Source: Owenia fusiformis
Lineage: Eukaryota
DNA length: 64,000 nt
Reading direction: 5' to 3'
Assembly: GCA_903813345.2 (NCBI GenBank)
Contig: CAIIXF020000001.1
Coordinates: forward strand, 34,596,001 to 34,660,000
Below are positions 53,501 through 62,771 of this stretch, piece after piece. Below the pieces are notes generated by a model. The model saw only the letters and a list, made by a program, of their open reading frames with translations. It did no database searches and had not been told where the DNA came from. A program made the position numbers and the translations under genes. Every line of letters begins with the position of its first letter. Position 1 is the first letter of the stretch.

Positions 53501-56500
53501 TCAGCAGTGCTCAGACTGTCAGAGGTTACAAGTAAGAGCCATCTACGTATTTTATGAAGATTTTCCCATTTGTGATCTGACACAGTTCACTTGCCGACTT
53601 GAACAGCCCCCTCCTTCTCTCATATTTCTTGGACCTTTTCTTTTTATCTGGTTCATACTGGACCGACCTCGCGCCAGTATGGTGCCTCCATTTACTGTTC
53701 CAACAATCGGCAGCAATAAATATAGACATTAATAGACATGACACATCGCTAAGAATTCACGGTAAACTAAAAAAAACTTACGCGCTGGGACCTTTTCTGC
53801 TCATTGTGATGGCCAATAATAGAGTAATTTGAATTTCCCGCCAATTGAACTATCAACCGTCCATTGACGGACCACTCGTTAAACTAGTAGACATGCGCGG
53901 TTATCGCCATGCGTTAATTGACGGATTGACTGCTAGTTAAGGTATCGTCCGTTAATGGGCAAAATGCGTTAATTGACGGATGGACTGTTAGTTAAGGTAT
54001 CATCCGTTAATACGCAAAATTTACTCTACTGATAACAAGGCACAGACGTGAACAATATCGTACCTAAAACACAGCAGTGTGACAGTGAAGAATTAAGGAC
54101 GAAAAATCCAAAATGGCCACCTTTAAATTTACCCAGAATGCCCAAAAACTAATCAGTTCTTAACTTTGATACATGGACACATCCCTGAAAATTTCAGATG
54201 AATCCATCAAATGGTTTGGCTGGAAACCTGTAGACAAGTCTTGAAAGTGAAGATTTTAGGATGGAAAATCCAAAATGGCCACCTTAAAATTAACCCAGAA
54301 TGCCCAAAAATTAATCAGTTGTTAACTTTGATATGTAGAAACATCCCTGTAAATTTCAAATGAATCCGTCAAATGGTTTGGCTGGAAACCTGTAGACAAG
54401 TCTTGAAAGTGAAGATTTTAGGACGGAAAATCCAAAATGGCCACCTTAAATTTAACCCAGAATGCCAAAAAACTAATCAGATCTTAACTTTGATATGTAG
54501 AAACATCCCTGAAAATTGCAGATGAATCCGTCAAATGGTTTGGCTGGAAACCTGTAGACAAGTCTTGAAAGTGAAGATTTTAGGACGGAAAATCCAAAAT
54601 GGCCACCTTAAATTTAACCCAGAATGCCAAAAAACTAATCAGTTCTTAACTTTGATATGTAGAAACATCCCTGAAAATTGCAGATGAATCCGTCAAATGG
54701 TTTGGCTGGAAACCTGTAGACAAGTCTTGAAAGTGAAGATTTTAGGACGGAAAATCCAAAATGGCCACCTTAAAATTTACCCAGAATGCCAAAAAACTAA
54801 TCAGTTCTTAACTTTGATACGTAGAAACATTCCTGAAAATTTCAGATGAATCCGTCTAATGGTTTGGCTGGAAACCTGTAGACAAATCTTGAAAGTGAAG
54901 ATTTTAGGACGGAAAATCCAAAATGGCCACCTTAAAATTTACCCAGAATGCCCAAAAACTAATCAGTTCTTAACTTTGATACGTAGAACTGTCCTGCATA
55001 TAAACGGGAGCCAGTCCATTCACTACCTTATATATTAGTGTCAGGTTGTGCATGTCCTGCCTCTCTCTTATGGATGGCCACTTCAGAGAATTTCTAACAT
55101 CCTGGGATGGTGTACGTGGGGCACATTTAACTATCAATCTACCAGCACGGTTTTGGAATCTCTGAATTTTATCTAAGAGATCCAGAGATGACAGCATCAC
55201 CATAATCAAAAATGGGTGTGATGGTAGATTGGATTAAAAGTTTGGTTATTTTGAGGGTAAGAGAATCTCTCACTCTCCCAATGACCCCTAACCTTTGTGA
55301 CAATTTTGTACAAGTTTTGGTTATATGTGTTTTCCAAGTGAGTGTTGGATCAAACCACAAACCAAGATATTTGAAAGCATCGACTTGTACAATTTTTTCT
55401 CTATTTATGACAATGTCGTCACTTTCATCTACCTTTGACAGTTTCTGGGATGACCCATACACCATGAATTTGGTCTTCTTGACATTTAATGTTAATTTAT
55501 TTGAGCACAGCCATTTGTGTACCACATTCATGCCAGCTCTTAACTTTGCTTTAATAGAGTGAATATCTTTGGCATGATAAAATATGGCAGTGTCATCTGC
55601 ATAGAGTGTGACTTTGGAGTCTTTAATTTGATTTTGGAGGTCGTTTATGTAGAGAATAAAAAGCAGAGGTCCGAGTACAGAGCCCTGAGGTACTCCATAC
55701 TCGACTGGTAATGAAGATGACACTTTGCCATTTATACTTACACATTGACTTCGACCAATGAGATAACTGCTGAACCAAGACAATTCTTTGTCTTTGACAC
55801 CGATGTTTTGCATTATCATGAGCATTAAGTTTACATCGACGGTGTCAAAGGCTTTTTTCAAATCAAGATATACTACACCTGTTAAAAGCCCATTTTGGGT
55901 GTTGTTTAAAAGTATATAATCAGTAGCATTTACAAGTGCGGTCTGCGTGGAATGTTTGGGCCTGAAACCCAACTCAGATGAACAGCTAAGATATTATTGT
56001 CATTCAGGTAAGTATATAATTGATTGTGTACAAATTTTTCAAATACTTTTAGACAGACTGGTAGAACAGATATTGGTCTGTAGTTTGAAGTATTCAAATT
56101 GGAGCCATCTTTATAGATTGGCGTAACTTTAGCCTTCCTCCACTGATCAGGTATTTCCCCTGTCATTAGAGAAAAGTTAAAAAGGGTTGTCAGGGGGGTA
56201 GATATCTTGGGGGCTGCCATTTTTAACAACCTTCCTGAGATACCATCCGTTCCCGTTGCTTTTTTGGCAGACAAGTTCAGCAGCTGTTTTTGAACCTCTT
56301 GGTACCCAAGTGGGGAGAATGTGAATTTTGACTTACAGGTGGTGTGCTTAGAGGTTACCTGCACAGGGCTGAACTTCTCCGCCAATTTGCTACCTATTGT
56401 TGAGAAAAACATATTAAAGGCAGAGGCAATGTCTATATCATTTGCAATAGTATTACCATCTACCTCTAGGGCAGCAATTGTGGTCCCTTTAGAGTTTGGC

Positions 56501-59500
56501 AAAATCTTATTAATAGTGGACCGGAGACAATCAGATTTTGACATGTTTTCAACTATAAGATTATGAAAATAGCTTGATTTTGCTTTTTTGAGCTCAGCTG
56601 TTACCTTATTCCTAACTATTTTGTATGAGTTGAAGAGAGATTGCTGAGTCTCTTTACCTATTGCCTTGGAGTACTTTTTCTTTTTCAAGTAATCTCGACT
56701 TTGCATGAGCTTCCTTATGTCATCGTTCATCCACGGCATGCTATCACATCTTATTTTACACTTGCGCAAAGGCGCATGGATTTCGCATATAGCACTGAAG
56801 AACGATGCAAAGGTTTCCCATGCAATGTTAACATTACTTGCAGATAAAAAATTTAGGCCAGGGAAAAGCTTTTAAGTCAGCCAAAAATTCAGTTTTTGAA
56901 AGATTTTTGAAGTTTCTACAGTTAATATGTTTACTTGGTGGCCTTTGTACATACATATCTATGTTACAGTAGATCAAGTAGTGGTCAATTATGCCAAGGG
57001 TGTACACCCCCCCCCCCCTATGACAGGTTTATTTGAGTCAGCAAATATGAGGTCGATTGTGGTTGCTGACGAAGGGGTCATTCTTGTGGGTTGCTTGATA
57101 AGTTGTTGCAGTCCAAGTTCATTTGTGATTGGGGTGAGATCATCCAGGGCATTTGTTGATGCATCCAGATTAAAGTCCCCAAGTAAATATGTTAGAGATT
57201 GTGTTGTCATTTTAATCTGGGATATGGAGTTCGAGAGATTGTTGTACCAGTCTATAATGACTGGCACGGGTGGACGATAAACACTACCGATTGTAATGTG
57301 TTTGGTGTTCGGGATCCTAATTTCAGTCCATGTAAGTTCGAGGTTGTCGGTGTTTATATCAGGACGATCAAACGCAGCGATTGTGTCCCTCACATAGCAT
57401 GCAACACCAACGCCATGCCGGTTTCGATCCTTCCGAGAGATAAGCTTATATCCAGGTATATGAAGTTCAGTGTTATCTATATGTTCATCGAGCTTAGTTT
57501 CAGATAGACAGAGGACATGGATAGAGTCATTAGATAATGCCTGTTTCAGATGGTCGAGGTGTGCAACAAGGCTATTAATGTTATATGCAGCGATAAAAAG
57601 CCCCTTTTTACCCAATTTTGGGATTGAATATGAAACATCATCATCGGTTTCTGCATGTTCAGTTTTAGTTAGAGTCCATTTCACTGTTTTATTGCGTCAG
57701 TAGAACCCTAGACTGTATCCTTCGTCTGAATAAATATTCAGACTGTAAGTCACCTATTGCACGGGTAACTAGAGTATCCGCGTATATTGAGTATGACCGG
57801 TTCTTAGGCTACGAATATGACCTGTTTTGGAAAGTCATGAGAGGCACAGCTGCTTAAAAATGGAAAATAAAGGTTAACTTCTATATTATCCTTTTTGAAA
57901 TTGTGTTTGTTGAATATAGTTTATGCTGTATTTAATAGTAATGTAACAAAAAAATGTTAAAGCAGATATGAAATGGTATTTTTAACCTACAGGAATCAAT
58001 ATAATTTTTTGATAAATGTATTTGGACATGTTTTCTCATCAGTAGTGCGAAAACTATTTCACTCTAACGATCGTTATAGCTGCTTAATAAGCAATATTCG
58101 AATTGGTTGTGACGTTATTGGCCCCCACGTGATCTCTCACTGGTCCCCACATGGCCCATAACGTCATAATGCCTAAATGTTTTGTTTTGGTTTACACTAC
58201 AATCCTATGGTTGCCGTGACGTTGTGATTACTAAGGAACCAACAAACCAAAGCTATATTTTGTATATGACGTTACTTATCACGTGGGGGCCAATTTGATT
58301 GATCAGTTAGTTTTGTTTCGTTATTTATGACCGTTAGCAGTTATCTAACATTTATTTTATAATGGCTATCGCAAGAACTCTACGTTGGGCTTACAATGGA
58401 GAAAACCGCATTTTTGTAGCTGCAAGTTGAGAAAAGCTATTTCAGTTGTCCTTTAAACATGAGCTATTTTAGCAATGTAACTGTTCATAATGGAATATCA
58501 ATCAGAAAGTACAGATTTCTCGCCTTAGAGCCAAATCATAATATCACAGTAGAAAAAAACAAATCCCAAACCTTTTTATGGCTAACCTGAACAAGATCTC
58601 CAAATCTCAGTTTATATGATCCCCCGTAGAGTGAGCAAGAGAAGGATTTATCTTTTCCCAGAGGATACGCTTGTGAAATGTCATGGAAACGAGTGTAACA
58701 CGGCATCCAAGACATTTCACAACCGTATTCTCCAATAATGGGGCACCAGTGACATTCGTATTCTCAAAAATTCAAAGATGTATCATATTTGGACAGAGCA
58801 GGCTAAATTATTTAAAATATTCATGACTTATTCGTAGATCTAGCTATATGTTATACATAAGATGTGTCATCCTCTTCGGAGTTGCGTTGTGTTACACAAA
58901 AACTGATCAAAGATGCTGGAAACTAGGATTTTACGGCTTCAATCTAATATTAATACGTTTTCTGTTGATTAAGGCCCCTTGTGATATGCCTGGCATTATA
59001 AGTATACCAAGTATCATACATTGACCAAGTAGGATAAAAAGAAAACATTCGAAAGTGTTCATAAAAAGCAAGTACTCACCTCGTCTGTTTATAGGAACAG
59101 AAATACGGTCACACTCGTAAGCTTAGAACCGGTCATACTCAATATACGCGGATACTCTAGTATCCCGTGTATTGTAAAATGTGGTGTTGTATAAATGTTA
59201 CAAATAAGTTTGTTTAATGATAAAATGATTACCTTATAAAGAACTTACAATATTATTTTTTCGTATATTGTCCTCTTACTGAAGATATTCATAAAATGTA
59301 CAGACGCTTCTTGTAGCGAAGCCATTGATTAGGTCAAGCCATTTTGGCAATGCCAATTCTCACGATAAACGAGATTTAGCCAGTGACGTCAGTCTATTTG
59401 TAAACAAATAACACATGGGGCGGACGGAGCAACATTACGGAAGCGTATTGATAAATTCCATTTGTGCGGGAATTTATTAGATCTAGTCATTTATTATCAT

Positions 59501-61037
59501 AATCCCGATTAATTTTCTTCATTTATAGTAAATAGAGCGGAAATATTCATGAAGAAGGAGAGGTAATCAAGTGGTCATGTGTTGTCAAAGTTCAAAAAAT
59601 TTGCATATCTCGTTTGGATCTCGTGAACTCAAACGTCCTTGACATTGATTTTGCGATCTACTTATGAACACATCCTGAAGTTTTGGTGAGTCTGAACATT
59701 TCATTATTTTATATCAACTTGTACCCGCCTTATACAAATATTTTTGCTTCTAGTTTAAGATGAACATCTCTTCAACATATTCACCAATTTTCAAGGTGAA
59801 CATTCTTGTAATAAACGAGAAATTAATGTGCAAAAAATATCACCGCGATTTCCACAGGAAATATATCAATCATAACAGACCGAATATTATATTCGGTCTG
59901 TTAAATACATACTAAGTAGAACCCCAAAAATAAAAAAATTGGGAGACCATTGTGCAATAATATATGGAAAAGTAGATTCATATTGTACATGAATGACATT
60001 TGTACATTTCAGATTTTCTAGTTTTTTGTGCAATAAGTCTGTGCCTTCTTGTAATTTGAAGAATTTCAGCCGTTAATTTTATTGAAAATAACATGGCAGA
60101 GAAGCATCCATATAGATAAGAGGCCACACACTTTATAAGCCAAACTAGAAGCAATCCAAGATATACAAATGTCATTCATGTACAATAGGAACATATTTTT
60201 CCATAGGTTTTACTGACGCAATTCAACAGTGAAATGGACTCTACAGTGGGGATCATAAAGAATTGCAAAAGCTATGAAAATTACATGCTATCGCACATGT
60301 AATAAATTCTTACCTCAGTGTATTCAGTGCTCTATTTTCTCCGTCTTAGTAAGTCCAAATATAGTGGAATTTGTGTCCCTAATGACAAATAAGAACTTCA
60401 AAAGTTGAATTGGATATTCACATGTTATGCCGATTCTTCAAATGTTGAGGTGATTTTGTCGCCCGATTGCGCCGGAACGGAGGATTGGCTCCCAGAATGC
60501 AACATGACACGTGCCAGCTTTCAAAATGCTGTTCCGCCATTTTTAAACCTGTCATGAGTAAATACGGTTAACTGATGTTGCATTCTGGGGGTCAACCGTC
60601 CTTGGATAACAAACATGGCGATTCATGAAAACATTCATTCGATTTGGTAGGGATTTATACATTATTTGCAGGTATGAAGCTTTGGATTCATTTATTGTGC
60701 TACTTTAGTGAACGGGAATTATTTTTCTACCGCTTGGGAGAGTTTGAGACACGAAACTTGGAAATTAGCTCATTGTGACAACTTATGAACGTTGAGTTTT
60801 ATTTTTGTCCCCCACTGTAGAATGTTAGAAATTAAAAATAGGATATAGACCTAGTCTAAGTATAGTCTACTGCACCAAAACTGCAATAAAAATTAAAATT
60901 TATACTATAGTCTACCTGCATGAAGTTTTACCAACACCGCCTTTCCCTCCTACAAATATCCATCGTAAAGACTGCTGTTCGATTACATTGGCCAAAGAAG
61001 GGGCCAAAGGCTCAAACTCTGAATCAGCAGTAGCCAT
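32550..61037 (-). CDS. GET3: ATPase GET3/ASNA1/TRC40 (tail-anchored protein targeting factor), 8 coding exons, 340 aa
   Basis: Minus-strand exons 61037-60916, 48325-48178, 47927-47870, 45187-45097, 44606-44456, 43849-43742, 33360-33160, 32693-32550 (1023 nt, TAG stop); all GT-AG and in phase. Motifs [16 protein letters not shown] (deviant Walker A), STDPAHN (switch I), [22 protein letters not shown] (switch II), [14 protein letters not shown] and CGLC (Zn dimerisation). Confidence 0.97.
33410..34015. mobile_element. Kolobok-like palindromic MITE
   Basis: TTAA|AGGGACATTCC...GGAATATCCCT|TTAA; arms complementary over more than 200 bp. Confidence 0.8.
34779..35473. mobile_element. TIR MITE with TAGAGAGATTTCGCAC termini (superfamily uncertain)
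   Basis: TAGAGAGATTTCGCACCTAGTGAAAGTACAACTTATA vs TATAAGTTGTACTTTCACTTATGTGCGAAATCTCTCTA; interrupts a host repeat unit. Confidence 0.8.
35496..35859. mobile_element. Kolobok-like MITE
   Basis: TTAA|AGGTGCAATAA...TTATTGCCCCT|TTAA, interrupting a HINE internal unit. Confidence 0.7.
36324..38042. mobile_element. hAT5-like element containing an old internal foldback (about 36400-37600)
   Basis: CATAGCCGTAGGCAG...CTGGCTACACCACTG with TSD ATTTT. The interrupted host repeat is restored when it is removed (compare units at about 34570 and 35970). Confidence 0.75.
38450..42552. mobile_element. Non-autonomous TIR element, CACG(A/G)TG termini, 5-bp TSD (Transib-like)
   Basis: About 45-bp TIRs CACG(A/G)TGCCCATGTCAAGC(A/T)GCG(T/C)GCCTACT..GCAGTTTG; TSD AGAAT at 38445-38449 and 42553-42557; repeated subterminal AAACTGCGCGCCTA motif. 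Confidence 0.88.
38757..41616. mobile_element. Non-autonomous TIR element with CCC termini and TA flanks (CMC/EnSpm-like), nested in the Transib-like element
   Basis: About 44-bp TIRs CCCTTATAAAAAATTCAACCTTGAAAGTCCGAATTTAAACCGTT; TA on both sides; many subterminal TGCAACCATT/AATGGTTGCA repeats. Superfamily assignment is inferred. Confidence 0.8.
42571..42870 (-). pseudogene. Penelope-like retroelement RT C-terminal (thumb) fragment
   Basis: Minus frame [57 protein letters not shown]...ICIKY resembles the FP.LSSNIP...YGVYISQLIRY.R.CS...L..QGY pattern I associate with Penelope-like RTs. The 3' region continues at about 38326-38449, across the Transib-like insertion. Confidence 0.65.
45440..46100. 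repeat. Internal tandem units (about 3) of an old repeat, with an inverted relative at about 47560-47780
   Basis: TGATACTGAGAT(T/A)T(A/G)CCAAGATGAAATAGGTG recurs at about 45517, 45841 and 45992; reverse-complement similarity at CGACACCTCATTCCCCTTGGCAAATCTCA..GCTCGCCAAAATGTAAGA. Confidence 0.65.
48847..49192. mobile_element. Diverged copy of the 51706-52096 MITE
   Basis: ATTGAGTACTTTGAAT...ATTCAAAGTGCTCAAT inverted arms and shared internal CTAACTTTTGTATATTTT..GCCATGTTATTTT. Confidence 0.7.
49531..50510 (+). mobile_element. Complete HINE-like element
   Basis: subTIR GCTCACACAG with adjacent IR (GTGAGCC), (GTCC)n microsatellite, 3' CTGTGTGAGC plus hairpin AGGACCGTGGATCCT, T-run flanks. Confidence 0.85.
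51706..52096. mobile_element. TA-flanked MITE; relatives at about 48847-49192 and 59990-60180
   Basis: Long inverted arms AGTCAAAACAG..GTGAGTACTTTGAA / TTCAAAGTACTCAC..CTGTTTTGACTG; internal sequence shared with the other copies. Confidence 0.75.
52311..54031. mobile_element. Non-autonomous TIR element with 5-bp TSD (hAT5-like) carrying a MADS-like minigene
   Basis: 35-bp TIRs CAGTA(A/G)AGTAAATTTTGC(C/G)TATTAACGGATGATAC; TSD ATAAC at 52306-52310 and 54032-54036; subterminal TTAATTGACGGA/TCCGTTAAT repeats at both ends. Confidence 0.9.
53526..53804 (-). CDS. Two-exon minigene for a 63-aa SRF-type MADS-box-like peptide inside a DNA transposon (possibly truncated)
   Basis: Exon 53804-53782 (ATG AGC AGA AAA GGT CCC AGC GC), 87-nt GTAAGT...AACAG intron 53781-53695, exon 53694-53526; phases match. 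Product [63 protein letters not shown]. Confidence 0.55.
54037..54989 (-). repeat. 162-bp tandem array (about 5.5 units), remnant of a HINE-like element
   Basis: CCTGTAGACAAG recurs at 54227, 54389, 54551 and onward (period 162). The reverse complement matches the 162-bp units at 27.5-29.3 kb. Confidence 0.9.
54985..57700 (-). mobile_element. Decayed non-LTR retrotransposon ORF2 (APE endonuclease + RT), CR1 group (L2/Crack/Daphne-like), in GET3 intron 1
   Basis: Endonuclease motifs [34 protein letters not shown] (57684-56989). RT motifs [59 protein letters not shown] (56769-55169). Split over four frames by frameshifts; 3' tail missing. Confidence 0.93.
57760..59169. mobile_element. Non-autonomous TIR element, CAC termini, 5-bp TSD (Transib-like)
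   Basis: About 45-bp TIRs CACGGG(TA/AT)ACTAGAGTATCCGCGTATATTGAGTATGACCGGTTCT; TSD TATTG at 57755-57759 and 59170-59174. Confidence 0.85.
60244..60817. mobile_element. Tc1/mariner-like MITE
   Basis: TA|CAGTGGGGA...TCCCCCACTG|TA, with an internal inverted CCCAGAATGCAACA/TGTTGCATTCTGGG pair. Confidence 0.7.
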
Positions 61038-61256
61038 TTTGAAAAAGCTAATATATATTTTAGTATCAAATCTGTACGATTACTCATGTTATTTGGTTGT
61101 GTGTTTTCAAACATAAAAACATAATTCAAAAGATTTAAAACTAAAGCAAATTTATCAATATACTTTAGGGTGAATTCTTTTCAGTTCTAAGCGATTTCAA
61201 GAATAAAAATTTCATATGACTCAGATATCTGAAAACTGGATTAGCTCAGTAACAAA
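61038..61256. promoter_or_regulatory. Putative bidirectional promoter shared by GET3 and HECTD3-like gene
   Basis: Only 219 bp separate two divergent start codons. Both ATGs sit in AAAATGGC (YY1-like) contexts, and I see no repeat in the interval despite dense TEs on either side. Confidence 0.65.
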
Positions 61257-61556
61257 ATGGCGAATCTGCCAAAAAGTACAGTAATTTGTTCCCGGAAACG
61301 TTTGGCCAGAATTCGTTGTCTGAAAGAGTGTATACAATGTTTTAAAGCCAATACACTGCTTCCTATTGATTTATGCTACATATCTGCAGAGGTTGAATTC
61401 AAAACGACGAGTGATACTCGCAAGATACTATTTTCAGAACCGAGTAAGCAAAGTCAAAAAATTGCTGAGTTGAAATTATGTAAAAGTGGAAGTGTATTCA
61501 TCTGCTCCGGAGAAGAGTTCTGTAATTCTCAAGGTCAATGGGCTAAGGTGACATCG
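61257..61556 (+). CDS. HECTD3: First coding exon of a HECTD3-like E3 ubiquitin ligase (rest of gene not found in the window)
   Basis: ATG in AAAATGGCG context, 100 codons, then donor TCG|GTACGT. The peptide RLARIRCLKECIQCFKANTLLPIDLCYISAEVEFK...CSGEEFCNSQGQWAKVT resembles the N-terminus of vertebrate HECTD3 as I recall it (LLGRVRFLAEA..LP..LAFVPREVLYK...GEELCNGHGLWVKLT). Not checked by search. Confidence 0.8.
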
Positions 61557-61654
61557 GTACGTAGAAATAAGTTTTATGTTTACCATATTCATAGAGTATT
61601 TAGGGTATGAGGTTCCATATCCATCCGCCAAAAGGTATGACCCCTATATGTATA

Positions 61655-62270
61655 TACATAGATCCCGGCCAGATTCTTTTGTAGTAGGATCAGTAGCTCA
61701 ATAAATATTCCTCAAGACACCTCAGAAAATTTCAAATTTTAAAATGATGATTATGGAGCCATTTCTGAAAAAATGAGACAAATCATACCTCATTCGAAGC
61801 ATCTTGTTATTCTTTAACCTTTTTATCACCAATGATCGTTATTCAAGCAATGCTGCATAGATAAGAGGCCAAAACAGTGATATTTTATCGCCGGACTCTT
61901 GTCTGTCCAAATCTGAATGGTGCTCCCATGGTTCCAGAAATGTGACGTCATCAGTACAATGATATTTGGACACACAAGAGTCTGGATCTCGTGAAAAATA
62001 TTCGCCGTATTAAAAGTCAAACAACTGGATCCATAGGTTATTTACTCGAACCAAACGAGTACATGTAGAAATAGAAAGATGGAGATCTCGGCTATAAAAT
62101 AAGCGCAAAATCTGTCATGGGGAAGCAGGTACCAATTTGTATAAGGAACATTTTCAAAAGGTGGTCATATTTTTTTTAAATTTTCCAATTTAGTGTCGTA
62201 TCTTGTGAATTATTCTTTGAGCCTATGAGATCCTACTACAAGACGATCTGGCCAATATCTGTGCCTATAT
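61655..62270. mobile_element. Palindromic MITE in HECTD3-like intron 1
   Basis: GGCCAGATTCTTTTGTAGTAGGATC..GCTCAA vs TTGAGCC..GATCCTACTACAAGACGATCTGGCC inverted arms. Confidence 0.6.
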
Positions 62271-62771
62271 AGTCCATTTAAAAACTTGTGGTTTTGTTCT
62301 AAATAACGCCATAGTTGGCTTCTAGGGTACCTAGTATGCAACTATTTGGTATCAAAATAAAGAGGAGGAGTTCAACTTTCATTTGAATTACGAAAATAGC
62401 GATGTAGGTTAAAATAGTTCCGACGTGAGCATGTTTACTATGCGTTTGCCCGTCATCTCAGAATTGAGGAAATGGTAGCAAACGCGAGTTACAATAAATG
62501 GACGCTGATATCTCAAAAAGTAACCTGACTTCCTATAATTTGATGTAGATCAATCAAACCCCTATATGAACAGGTACATTTTGATATATAACACTATGGG
62601 GGGTAAGCGTTTTATAGTTGATCAGGAACACCATATGTGCAAAGTATTGTTCTGAATTTTCGAATTTGGTGTTGGATTACAGTACTCATACCTTAATATG
62701 AGGCCTAAAATTGTCTGCTAGTTGGCCAGAGACCCATATTCTAGCAGAATTTGTGAACAGAATCGATTTTT

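Noticed and set aside
55212..57703. Several plus-strand ORFs of 68-117 aa
   Set aside because: Antisense shadows of the LINE ORF2.
61390..61443. Alternative small exon inside the HECTD3-like ORF (CTGCAG|...|GTAAGC)
   Set aside because: The continuous 100-codon frame matches HECTD3 on both sides of these sites, so a single exon is the simpler reading.
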